From NCBI GenBank assembly GCA_965226245.1, contig CBDDCL010000009.1, positions 9,624 to 73,623 of the forward strand: a stretch of DNA of 64,000 bases, written 5' to 3'. The first letter of the stretch is position 1; every line of letters starts with the position of its first letter. The position numbers and the translations under genes are program-made. This document shows positions 51,636 through 61,166 of the stretch, piece by piece. The DNA is from Bryobacterales bacterium (GTDB taxonomy: Bacteria > Acidobacteriota > Terriglobia > Bryobacterales > UBA6623). Below the pieces are notes generated by a model. The model was not told the origin of the DNA and ran no database searches. It saw only the letters and a program-made list of their open reading frames with translations.

Positions 51636-52805
51636 TTAGGACGTGTCAAAGTACTCCTGCTCCAGCTGCCAGGCGTCGAGTCGCTCGACCACGACCATCG
51701 CACCGCCACAGCTTGGACACGTCCAAGTGGCTGGAAGGCAAGTCGGGCCGGACGCCGAGGGTTTGGCTGTCGTCGCTTGGTTGGTTTCCAGTAGTTGTTG
51801 ACATAGCGGCAACAACGCCCCACGTTTGCGGGCGGCGAGGAAGCCGAAGAAGCGGATACGAATGAAGCCGCGCGGCAGCACGTGCTGCAGGAACCTCCGA
51901 AGGAACTCTTCGGCCGTGAGCGTCATCAGCCGTCGCTTGCTGCCGCGGGCGTAGTCTTTCCAGCGAAAGGTGACCTTGCCTTGGGCGAAAGCAACCAAGC
52001 GATGATTGGAGATCGCGACCCGGTGGGTGTAGCGGGCTAAGTAGTTGAGGACATACCGCGGCCCGCCGAAGGGAGGCTTGGCGTAAACGACCCAGTCTTG
52101 GCGGAACAGCGATCGCACAAACGCGCGGAAGGCCTTCTGCTGCGTCAAGGGCTTCAGCGCGCCGGGAAGACAGAGTTCGCCATTGCGATAAGCGCGCTTG
52201 AGAGCGGCGACGAACTTGCCGCGAAAGACGCGGCTGAGCGCCTTCACCGGCAGAAAGAATCGATACCGTGGACGAACCCAGGCTTTGTGATCGGGCGAGA
52301 GACCACCCGCCGGAATCACACAGTGGAGGTGTGGATGGTGCATCAGATTCTGTCCCCAGCTATGCAGCACGCTGAGGAAGCCGATCTGGGCGCCGAGGTG
52401 CTTGGGATCAGCGGCGATTTCCAAAAGGCTGTCCGCACTGGCACGGAACAACAGGCCATAGAGAAGTCGCTTGTTGTGGAACATCAACTCCGCCAGCTGC
52501 CGCGGAACAGTGAAGACCACATGCACGTAGGAAACCGGCAGCAGCTCTTTCTCACGAGCGGCGAGCCATTTGTCCCGCGCGCCGGTCTGGCACTTGGGGC
52601 AATGGCGGTTGCGGCATGAGTTATACGAGATGGCCGCGGTGAAGCCACAGCGAGTGCAGCGGTCGCGATGTCCGCCCAGCGCCGCCGTACGACAGCGTTC
52701 GATGGCTGAGAGCACTTTCAAGTGCAGCCCGTTCAGCCGCGATCGATGTTGACGGATGAAGTCTTCGCCTGCCGCGCGAATGATATCGGCTACAACAGGA
52801 GTCAT
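51636..52805 (-). CDS. IS91-family rolling-circle (Y2) transposase
   Basis: CRT..LGGH, SCRNRHCPKCQ, HVVFTVP, HPHLH, YLARYTHR, EFLRRFLQHVLP.GF. Confidence 0.93.
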   Translation of the reverse strand: MTPVVADIIRAAGEDFIRQHRSRLNGLHLKVLSAIERCRTAALGGHRDRCTRCGFTAAISYNSCRNRHCPKCQTGARDKWLAAREKELLPVSYVHVVFTVPRQLAELMFHNKRLLYGLLFRASADSLLEIAADPKHLGAQIGFLSVLHSWGQNLMHHPHLHCVIPAGGLSPDHKAWVRPRYRFFLPVKALSRVFRGKFVAALKRAYRNGELCLPGALKPLTQQKAFRAFVRSLFRQDWVVYAKPPFGGPRYVLNYLARYTHRVAISNHRLVAFAQGKVTFRWKDYARGSKRRLMTLTAEEFLRRFLQHVLPRGFIRIRFFGFLAARKRGALLPLCQQLLETNQATTAKPSASGPTCLPATWTCPSCGGAMVVVERLDAWQLEQEYFDTS

Positions 52806-52807
52806 AC

Positions 52808-53833
52808 GTGGGCGGATTGTTGATTCTCATAAGTATGATGACGGGAACGGTGGCGTTCCTCTCACTCATTCGACCGCGACCGCGTTTCTGGTTGCCAACC
52901 CGCAACCGAGCAGCCGTTGTGTGGGTTGCGTCATTCGTACTGTTTGCCGTCGGTGGGTCATTACTTCCAGTCCCCACGCCAGAAACGCAGCCGGAAGAGT
53001 CGGCGTTGCGAGGAGTAACAGATACAGAGGTCGCCTCAGAAGCCACGGGAGTCGTGGCCGACCGAGAGGAAGATCCCGATGCGATGAATATTGGAAACAA
53101 TGAGCAGGAAACACCTTGTATCCCGAGGAAGCTCTCGGAGGCATCAATGGAACTCGTGCGATTGTACGATCAACTCCATACATTCAAAGACGACACCGCA
53201 TTCCTCGATATGGGGTTCTCGCAGGCAGGCCCGTACTATGCCTGGATGGAGGCGGTGGAAGCGCATCAGGACGCCAACCCAGGATGGGTGCTGTTCGATG
53301 AGCTGGGGTTCGCCGCCAACGAGGTGCTGATGCTCGGCATGAACTACATCTACGAAGATCCCGGCGCGTCCGCCCTGTCGGCGATTGAGTTCTTTGAAAC
53401 AAAAATCCAAGCTGGCTTAGCTCTTACCAGATGCGCTGAGCCGAGGACGGCGGTGCAGGACATCGCCCGTACGAGCGCCGAGGCCCGGCGAGCCTATGTC
53501 AACCCACTGGCCCAGCCGCCTGCGGGGGCCGACGATATCGACGAGCGGGTTCTCAATCCCTGCATCGCCGCTGGGATCGCACGCAATCCCGAGCTGGACG
53601 GCGTCACGCCCTGGGAGATCCGCAACATCTATCCGGAGATCTACGATCCGCTCGTGGCCCAGGTGCGGGCGCAGGCCGCGCCGATACTGGTGGAGTTCGG
53701 CGACGACGCGCGCGCCAGGAACATCCTTCTCGACAGGTTCCGTGACGACTGTATCCGGGGCGCGCACGGGGAGACGGAACCCGTGGACTGGTCTGAGGCC
53801 AAAGTCCGCGAGTTGTTGTCGATCCCGCAATGA
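52808..53833 (+). CDS. Membrane-anchored hypothetical protein
   Basis: Two N-terminal TM segments, 341-aa open frame; start uncertain. Confidence 0.55.
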   Translation: MGGLLILISMMTGTVAFLSLIRPRPRFWLPTRNRAAVVWVASFVLFAVGGSLLPVPTPETQPEESALRGVTDTEVASEATGVVADREEDPDAMNIGNNEQETPCIPRKLSEASMELVRLYDQLHTFKDDTAFLDMGFSQAGPYYAWMEAVEAHQDANPGWVLFDELGFAANEVLMLGMNYIYEDPGASALSAIEFFETKIQAGLALTRCAEPRTAVQDIARTSAEARRAYVNPLAQPPAGADDIDERVLNPCIAAGIARNPELDGVTPWEIRNIYPEIYDPLVAQVRAQAAPILVEFGDDARARNILLDRFRDDCIRGAHGETEPVDWSEAKVRELLSIPQ

Positions 53834-54002
53834 CATGAGCCACCCGTTACTGGCTCGGGCCAAAGTCCCGCTTCGGGCCGCGCTGCCGTTCCCGCGCTAG
53901 CGACTCGGCCCGAAGTCGCGGTCGTAGTCTCGTCCATGTGTCGCTCCGGTGTGATGCCCATCTGACGCGCCAGGTCGCCGCTGGCGAATGCTCGCGAAGG
54001 CG

Positions 54003-54227
54003 CGTTCGGCCTACGGTCAGGACAACGTGCTGGGCAGGTGGCTGGTCTATGCGGCTTCTGGCCATGGTGGCAACAAGCTGCTTCGGAAACGCGATCCGAG
54101 GAACTTCCGGTTTTCTATCCTTGAACGTGTGTCGCCGGACATGAGTGAGGGTGACGTGATCCGGCTGGAGGCAACTTGGAAAGAACGCCTTCACACTCGA
54201 TCGCCGCATGGGCTGAATGATAATTGA
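54003..54227 (+). pseudogene. GIY-YIG nuclease family C-terminal remnant
   Basis: SAYG..N..GRW..YA.SGHGGNK.L, F.FSILE, E..WK..L.TR..GLN.N. Confidence 0.65.
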
Positions 54228-54245
54228 AGGGTAGCGCCCAGATTT

Positions 54246-54661
54246 GGGTCACCTCACGAAACGGAAAAAATCGTACGCTAAGGCCGATTGAGCGGCGGGC
54301 GGGGCCGGAACTCGCCCTGTTCAACTTGCTTGTTCAGCCGCCAGCTATGGTCCAAAACATTGTCGGTAAAGAACTTGATCGACTGGGACATGCTCGAGTT
54401 GGCGTTCCGGGTTCGGGTCGAAGCTGCTCACCCGAACGTAGCCGATGCGGTGACCGTGCATGGCGTTCTCCTGAACCCAGTCTGTCAGGAAGAACTCTAT
54501 AACCCTGGACGGGATGTGTCCATCAATCCAAAATAGAACTCTATTCTGACGCCTCAGCACCCCGTCCCTGACGTTAGGCTAGGGTTTACTCCAACCCGAC
54601 GCTTCCCAAGGCGGCGAGAGTCGCTTAGCGTACGATTATTTCCGTTTCGTGAGGTGACCCC
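54246..54661 (-). mobile_element. Tn21-subgroup miniature element (TIME-like) with res region and tnpR stub
   Basis: TIRs GGGTCACCTCACGAAACGGAAA..ATCGTACGCTAAG; MHGHRIGYVRVSSFD stub; abuts another Tn3 end fragment at 54228-54245. Confidence 0.85.
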
Positions 54662-54685
54662 CATAAGCCCGATCCTTCGCCTAAA

Positions 54686-55581
54686 TGTATATGACCGTTG
54701 CCTGGGATGCTCCGGGCGGCCCCTGGGTTGCGCTGTCTCATGAGTACGTCCATCGCGTCTTTGCCGGTAGAACTCTGCCGCTTTGGCTGTCGGAAGGCCT
54801 GGCGGAATACTTGTCGCGCGTCCCCAACGCGGCCACCAGCCCCACCCTGGGACCCGCTGATCCGCCAATGCCGGTTCCCTACTTCGCCGGAAGGCTCACC
54901 GACAACCCCTGGCTGCCGTGGCCTGAAATCTGGTCCGCCGAACGCGAGTCGGCCACCGCGGATCACCCCAACTTCCGGCCGCAAAGCTGGCTGCTTGTTC
55001 ACCTGCTTGTCTCCGAAGGACTCGACCTGACCCAACTGAACCCCGCGACAGTGCAAGCACGTCTGACCCGGCGAAGCCCCGAAAAAATCGAAGCCCAGTT
55101 GCGCGCTGCCCTCGAGAAGCCCCTGTCAAACCGCTACCTGAACCTTCATGACAAATGGCGCCCCGCTCCTCCACCGTCGAACAGCCCTCGGCGGTTCGAT
55201 CCTGCTGACGCCGGCGCCTCAACCCAGCCGCGTGAGCTGGCGCCAGGCGAATTGCGCTTCGTCCTCGCCGACCTGCAGCGCGAAACCCAGCCACCCGAAG
55301 CCGTCCGTCTCGAACTCGAAGCCCTCAAGCGAGAATTCCCCAACCGTCCCGAGCCCAGCGAATCCCTCGGCGCGCTGGAGATGGACCAGCACAACTACGA
55401 CCCAGCCGAGCAGCACCTAGCCGACGCCGTCAAGAAGGGCTCCCGCAATCCAAGAACCCACTACCGCTACAGCCTTATGTTGATGCGCCCCCAACCCAGT
55501 CCCCAGCGGGCGGCTCTCGCGGTCAAGCATGCCCAGACCGCGCGCCAGCTCGACCCGGCACAGCCCGTCTATCTGCTCTAA
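54686..55581 (+). pseudogene. Internal fragment of an HExxH + TPR protein
   Basis: HEYVH, PLWL.EGLAEY, TPR helices; truncated at both ends. Confidence 0.7.
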
Positions 55582-56700
55582 AAACGAAAGATCGACATCA
55601 CTGCCGGGCGTGGCGTTCCAGCGGTCCGCGGTGGCGTCAATCCAAAGTCCGGCGGCCAGCTCGATTGCCTTCAACAAGCGCGGGCGCTTGACCTCCGGCC
55701 AGTAGCCGCTCAAATCCTCAAGCTCGGCGTAGGCGTCAATCAGCAGCGGCAGGATTGCTTCGGGATGACCGGGCCGGTACTCCTCGCGGGCCTTCATGAG
55801 AAGCCGGCTCGCGGCCGCCGCTCCGGGGACGCGTCCCCAGGAGGTGTCGATGCCTTCGAAAAGATCTCTCTCGGCTGGCTCGCCGGCGATGTGGGCGAAG
55901 AACGCTGGAGCGTTGCCTTTGCGTTGCGAGGCGCCCATGGCCTGGCTTTGGTGCAGGCTGCGGCTCTCGCCCGCGATCTCCGCGTAGGATTTGCCGAGCA
56001 CAGGATCGTACTGGCCAACGTTGATCCGAAGGCGGTCTTTCCTGGCTGCTGCGGCCTCCATCATTCGGCGGGTGAAGGTCGGAATGTTCCAGTAGAGACG
56101 TTTCGCCTTCCAGGGTTTGAGCCCTTGCTGGATTTGATCGGGGAATTGGCTGGGATCGCCGGCTGCTTCAAAGGCGACGATCGAAAGCTTGCCGATTGCC
56201 GTGTGCTGTCCATGACCGCCGCTGAGCACGGGTGAAAACCGCGAGACGACCACGTCGGGCCGGAAGCGGCGGATGACGCGGACCATGTCGCTGAGCACTT
56301 GCTCGCGGCCCCATTTCTCGAGTGCTTCCTCGGGATTCTTCGAGAAGCCGAAGTCGATTGCTCGGGTAAAGAACTGTTCGCCTCCGTCAATGCGGCGGGC
56401 GGCCAGCAATTCCTGGGTGCGAATCAAACCCATCAGCTCGGCCTGCTCGGCGCCGATCAGGTTCTGCCCGCCTTCTCCGCGAGTAGCGGAGAGGTAGGCC
56501 GTGCGCATATCGCGGCCGCGCGCAAAGTAGGCGATGACGGCGGTGTTTTCGTCGTCGGGATGGGCGCCCAGCATGAGCAGGCTCCCCAGAGTGTTGAGCT
56601 GGTCGAGTGTTTGTGCAAGTTCGGCGGCGCCGGTGAGCGGGGTGGGCGGCGGGGCTTGGGCGCTGAGAGGGAGGCTGACGAGGGCGCAGAGCAGCAGCAT
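55579..56700 (-). pseudogene. PIG-L/LmbE family deacetylase, C-terminally truncated
   Basis: GAHPDDE, TRGEGGQN, R..DFGFSK, RFRPDV, GHGQH. Confidence 0.85.
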
Positions 56701-56824
56701 GCGGGCGGGCCGAGCGCCGGAATGAGTCCCGGCGCGGCAAGCTGAGAGCTTGTGCCGCGATGGAATTCGCCGGCGGGCGGGGTTTTCTCGCTTGCACGCA
56801 GAGTCGCGCCGGCCGCGCGTCAGG

Positions 56825-57286
56825 TCACGGTTTTCGCTCATAAACTCCAATGTAACTGGTCTCAGCGATTACATGGCCTCGAAGGGCAGTGTCTAGCATG
56901 CGGCGTCTGACTCCCGGGGCCAAGCCGAGCGATGGTGTGTTCAAGGCGAACAGCTTGAAGAAATAGCGATGCGGCCCATTTCCAGGAGGTGGGCAGAGGC
57001 CTCCGTATCCAGGCTGCCCAAAGTCGTTGGTGCCGCTCAGGCCGGCCTGACCTGGCTCGAACGACTCGTCCAATCCTTGAACCGACACCGGGATATCGTA
57101 CAGCAGCCAATGATTCCAAGTCCCGATTGGGGCGTCAGGGTCGTCCACGATCAGGGCGAGGCTTTGGGTCCCCTGGGGCTCGCCGCTCCACGATAGGGCC
57201 GGAGAACGGTTCCCTCCATCGCAGGTGTAGCGCGCCGGTACGGTCTCCCCGTCGGCAAACGCTTCGATGTGCAGTGTCAGGGCTAT
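56825..57286 (-). CDS. YbhB/YbcL (PEBP) family protein; apparent ATA start
   Basis: YTCDG.N.SP.L.W, DDPDAP, HW, GYGG.CPP.G.GPHRY.F. Confidence 0.85.
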   Translation of the reverse strand: MALTLHIEAFADGETVPARYTCDGGNRSPALSWSGEPQGTQSLALIVDDPDAPIGTWNHWLLYDIPVSVQGLDESFEPGQAGLSGTNDFGQPGYGGLCPPPGNGPHRYFFKLFALNTPSLGLAPGVRRRMLDTALRGHVIAETSYIGVYERKP

Positions 57287-57351
57287 GGTCGCCCCCTCCT
57301 CTAGGTCTAGGACGCTAACATCAGGAAGCCCACATGCCGCCGAACGCTCAT

Positions 57352-59079
57352 CTAGTTCGCTGGCTCGGCTCGGCTCACGTCCACAAACGAAGCACCCCGG
57401 ACAACCCCGCCGTACTCCACCAAAGCTTCCAAGTTCGCGGGACCCGCCTCGAGCCGCACCGCCCGAAACTGGCACGACTCGTCGCCTGCCTCCACCGCTT
57501 CGCTCAGGCCCGCGCCACCGACATTCAGCCTGGCTCGGCCCGCCTCAGGCAGCGGTCCGGCGAAACGCAACGTCATGTCGAACTCGCCCGGCTCCTCGAT
57601 TTCAACCGCCCAGTAGCCGAGGCCATCCGGCAGCGCGCGCTGCTGGCCCTCGCCGCGCCAATCAAAGCGCGCCAGCGTCGCGGACTCTTCATGAGGCGTT
57701 CCGAGGTGGATCCGCACCGGGTCAAAACCGCGCGTGGAAGATACGTCGCGGAACCATTCCTCGTAGCCGCGGCGCATTTCCTCCACAATCTCGGGATGCG
57801 CCTCGGCAAGATTGTTCGTCTCGCCGGGGTCGGCCGGCATGTCGTATAGCTCAAACTTCGCGTCTTCCGGAAACGGGTCGGTGTGTTTGCCCAGCGGCTG
57901 GACGATTTTCCAGCGCTGATTCCGGGCGAACACGTTGCGGTTCTTCTGGGGCGCATCGCCGCGGTGGTTCTGCAGGTAGATCGTGCGGTCCGGCCAGTCC
58001 TCGGGGGAAATACCGCCTGTGAGCAGAGGCATGAGGCTCACGCCATCGAACTTCGATTCCGGGGCCGCAATTCCAGACGCTTCCAGCAGCGTCGGCACGA
58101 CGTCCATATGGGCCGCGATTCGGTCGATCTTGCGGCCAGCCTCGAACTCACCGGGCCAGCGAATCAGGAACGGCACGCGCGTGCCGCCATCGTAGGCGCT
58201 CGCCTTGCGTCCCTTGAGACCGGCGGTATAGGTCTGCTGCGTCGGTCCGTTGTCGGTCAAGAAGATCACGATCGTGTTTTCGGCGAGACCAAGCTCGTCC
58301 AATTTGGCCAGCAGCCGCTCCAAGTTTTCATCGAACTCGGTGATCATCCCGTAGACCCGTGCCGTGTTCTCGGGAAGCCCCATCTCGCGGTAGGGCGCAA
58401 TGTACTCCTCGTCCACATCAAACGGCGAGTGTGGCGTGTTGGTCGCCAGGTAGCCGAAGAACGGCCGATCGCGATTCTCTTCCACGAACTCGATCAGAGC
58501 GTCGGTGAAGATTTTCGTGCAATAGCCGTGATACTTCTTTGACTCGCCGTTGTGTTCGAGCACTGGGTCCCAATAAGTATTGCCCGGAGGACCGGCGGGC
58601 TGGCCGATACCGCCGCCTCGGTGCACGAGCACTTCTTGAAACCCTTGATCGCTCGGCCTCAACGGGTAGTTGTCCCCGAGATGCCACTTGCCGAAGATGC
58701 CGGTCTTGTAGCCTTCGGCGGCGAGCAGCTCAGCCAGAGTGACGGCTGCGGGATCGAGGAAGGTTCGCCCGAGGTGCGTGTCGATGACGCCATTTCGATA
58801 GCCATGAACTCCCGTCAACAGCGCCGCGCGCGTCGGGGCGCACTTGGACTCGACGTAGAACTGCGTAAATTCCGTGCTCTCGGCGGCAAGCCGGTCGAGC
58901 GTAGGCGTCCTAATGTAGGGGTTCCCGTGGAAGCCGACTTGGGCCCATCCCTGGTCGTCGGTCATGACCAGCATGATGTTCGGTCTTTCTGGGTCTGGGG
59001 GAGCCTCCGAACAACCGCCCGCGAAGCAAAGGAACGCTGCAACGCACGCAATCTTGAGTTTCCACTTTGATCCCAGCAC
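57352..59079 (-). CDS. Arylsulfatase lipoprotein
   Basis: PNIMLVMTDDQG, CAPTRAALLTG, GKWHLG; lipobox-like AGGC; start approximate. Confidence 0.9.
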   Translation of the reverse strand: MLGSKWKLKIACVAAFLCFAGGCSEAPPDPERPNIMLVMTDDQGWAQVGFHGNPYIRTPTLDRLAAESTEFTQFYVESKCAPTRAALLTGVHGYRNGVIDTHLGRTFLDPAAVTLAELLAAEGYKTGIFGKWHLGDNYPLRPSDQGFQEVLVHRGGGIGQPAGPPGNTYWDPVLEHNGESKKYHGYCTKIFTDALIEFVEENRDRPFFGYLATNTPHSPFDVDEEYIAPYREMGLPENTARVYGMITEFDENLERLLAKLDELGLAENTIVIFLTDNGPTQQTYTAGLKGRKASAYDGGTRVPFLIRWPGEFEAGRKIDRIAAHMDVVPTLLEASGIAAPESKFDGVSLMPLLTGGISPEDWPDRTIYLQNHRGDAPQKNRNVFARNQRWKIVQPLGKHTDPFPEDAKFELYDMPADPGETNNLAEAHPEIVEEMRRGYEEWFRDVSSTRGFDPVRIHLGTPHEESATLARFDWRGEGQQRALPDGLGYWAVEIEEPGEFDMTLRFAGPLPEAGRARLNVGGAGLSEAVEAGDESCQFRAVRLEAGPANLEALVEYGGVVRGASFVDVSRAEPAN

Positions 59080-59093
59080 GGCCACAGTATACA

Positions 59094-60759
59094 CCAGGAT
59101 TTCCATTTTGGCCCTGGCACGGTCACAGTGTACACCCGCGCTGCCCCGAATACGACGTCTTTCCGCGCTGAACCCTGCACATCACCTCCGGCGGCAGGCC
59201 CCAAAGCCCGTCCGTCCGCTCACAGACGTTGATGGAGCGGGCTGAACGGCACACCGGCCGACACTGCTCCCTGCGAAGCCTTTTCGGAGCTAAAAACTGT
59301 TGATCCTCGTCCAGGTAACGCTACCCGCTCGGCAGCGGCAGCGCCCAGATCCTGTGCAGCATGTCACCGAACAGCCGCCGGTTCAGATGCCCCTCGGCCA
59401 GCAGCAACCAGTAGTAGCGCGCGTGCTTGACCAGCCGGCCGCCGGTCTTCATCAGCCGCTGCTGCAAGCTCGTGAGCGACCAACTCTTGATCCTGTTCGG
59501 CAGTCCGAGCCGCCGCCACAAGTTGCCCAGGTTGTAGGCCAGCACGCTGAGTTGCAGTCGCACTTCGTTGGCCCGAAAGCGATGGCACGAAAGCCGCGTC
59601 CAGTGCGTGGCCTGTTTGCCTTCTTTAATCCATTGCTCGGCCGTGCCGCGCTTGTTGTAGAAGCGCACCACCGACCGGCTTGGCAAGCTCATGTTGGTCA
59701 CGATAAATCCGACCCGCGGGAACAGCTCACCGAGATGATGCTCGACCTTGGCCACGATGCGTCGCGGCTTGGACCAACTCTCCGCCTGATAGCGGAAGCT
59801 CTTGTAGCGCACCAAGGGCTTGCGACCCGGCCTGCCCGGCGGGCGAAACAAGATGTCTTCGATCGCCAATTCCAAGCTCTTGTTGGCCGGAATGCGAATG
59901 GCGTACTGCACTCCGCGTTCCTCCGAAAACTCATAAATCTCCGGCTTGGCAAAGACCGCATCGCCCCGGAAGGTGACCTGTTTGCCCGCAGCCTGTTGGC
60001 GCTTGATCTCGGGCAGCAGCAACTCCTTCCAGTCCTCAGCGCTGTGCACGTTGCCTGGACGCAGCTTCGCCGCCAGGCAATCCCCATGCTGGTTGAACAA
60101 CAACAGCGGGTGGTAGCAGACCGACTCGAAATGGCCGTTGTAGGCGCTGCCCTCTTGCTGGCCGTGGACAGGGCTTTCGGTCGAATCCATGTCGAGCACG
60201 ACGCGCTCGGAGTCGTCTTGCGTCTCGGCTTGCGCCACCAGCTCGCGGTTCACAGCCATCAGCCCCAGCAAGTTCTCCTCGCTCGCCAGCATCTCCGTCT
60301 CGAAGCTCTGCAGTCGCGAGGTCAGTGCCCCGCCGCGATCCCAGTTCCTCTTCGAGCCGATCAAGCGAAACGTCGGGTCAGCCGACACTCGGACGGCGTC
60401 ATTGAGGTCCTCGTAGCCTGCCAGCCGAGAGTAGACTGACTGCCGCAGCAGATCGGCCAGCGGGAACTTCTTGTTCAAGCCTTGCCGTGGGTCACTGAGG
60501 TGTTCGTCGATCAGCTTCCCGAGTCCGAGTCGCTCGTCCAGCTCGCGGACCAGGATCAGCCCGCCGTCGGAAGTGACACGCGATCCTTGGAAATCGACTT
60601 TCAATAAGCCGTTGAAGCTTAGCTGGAACGGTTTGTTTTCTTTTTCACCCATTGGGTGTTGATCTCCTCAGCGCCTTGAGTGCTTTCCAACCCGCATCAA
60701 TAAAGGCGTCCGAGGCCACCCGATGGTTAGCAGAATCGAAACTAAAGTGGGAATCCGGG
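59094..60759 (-). mobile_element. IS1380-family IS (second type, 1666 bp)
   Basis: IRs CCAGGATTTCCATTTTGG / CCCGGATTCCCACTTTAG. Confidence 0.9.
59321..60652 (-). CDS. IS1380-family DDE transposase
   Basis: TSDGG, LDMDST, RGDA.F, FYNKRGTAEQWIKEGK. Confidence 0.93.
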   Translation of the reverse strand: MGEKENKPFQLSFNGLLKVDFQGSRVTSDGGLILVRELDERLGLGKLIDEHLSDPRQGLNKKFPLADLLRQSVYSRLAGYEDLNDAVRVSADPTFRLIGSKRNWDRGGALTSRLQSFETEMLASEENLLGLMAVNRELVAQAETQDDSERVVLDMDSTESPVHGQQEGSAYNGHFESVCYHPLLLFNQHGDCLAAKLRPGNVHSAEDWKELLLPEIKRQQAAGKQVTFRGDAVFAKPEIYEFSEERGVQYAIRIPANKSLELAIEDILFRPPGRPGRKPLVRYKSFRYQAESWSKPRRIVAKVEHHLGELFPRVGFIVTNMSLPSRSVVRFYNKRGTAEQWIKEGKQATHWTRLSCHRFRANEVRLQLSVLAYNLGNLWRRLGLPNRIKSWSLTSLQQRLMKTGGRLVKHARYYWLLLAEGHLNRRLFGDMLHRIWALPLPSG

Positions 60760-61092
60760 CTAAAGCGCATCACCATAAGCCCGATCCTTCGCCTAAAACG
60801 CATCACCATACAAGTAGTTAAAGAACAAGTAGTTAAAGAACAAGTAGTAGGAGCGGCTACGGCTGTGGATAAATCACTGAAGAGAAAACACCCAAGAGAG
60901 GGGCTAACGCCCCTCCCGAAAAGAAAAACCCAAAACCTTCCTTATAGGTAAAGAACTGAAAACAAAAGGCTTACACCATACCGCGGCGGAACGGGCAAGC
61001 GGACCGACAATAAAACCCAACCCAAAACCCCGGATAGCCTCCGCCAAGCGGCGAGTCATGCCCGCTGCGCTACGGCCCTACGGGTGACAGAC
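60760..61092 (+). other. Plasmid origin module 3 without rep; iteron array split by the IS1380 unit
   Basis: CGCATCACCATA at 60766 and 60799; CAAGTAGTTAAAGAA repeats; DnaA box TGTGGATAA 60864-60872; backbone homologous to modules 1 and 2. Confidence 0.75.
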
Positions 61093-61166
61093 GCCCTGTA
61101 AAGGGCGAGCGGAGCGTTCTGGCACTCACGGTGCACCGGGGAACGGCCCGCTTATTTTGCAAGGGG

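Larger units (their letters stand above)
54686..60759 (-). mobile_element. IS1380 (ISEcp1-like) transposition unit with captured genes
   Basis: CTAAA at 54681-54685 and 60760-60764; removing the unit restores a 33-bp tandem iteron array. Confidence 0.8.
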
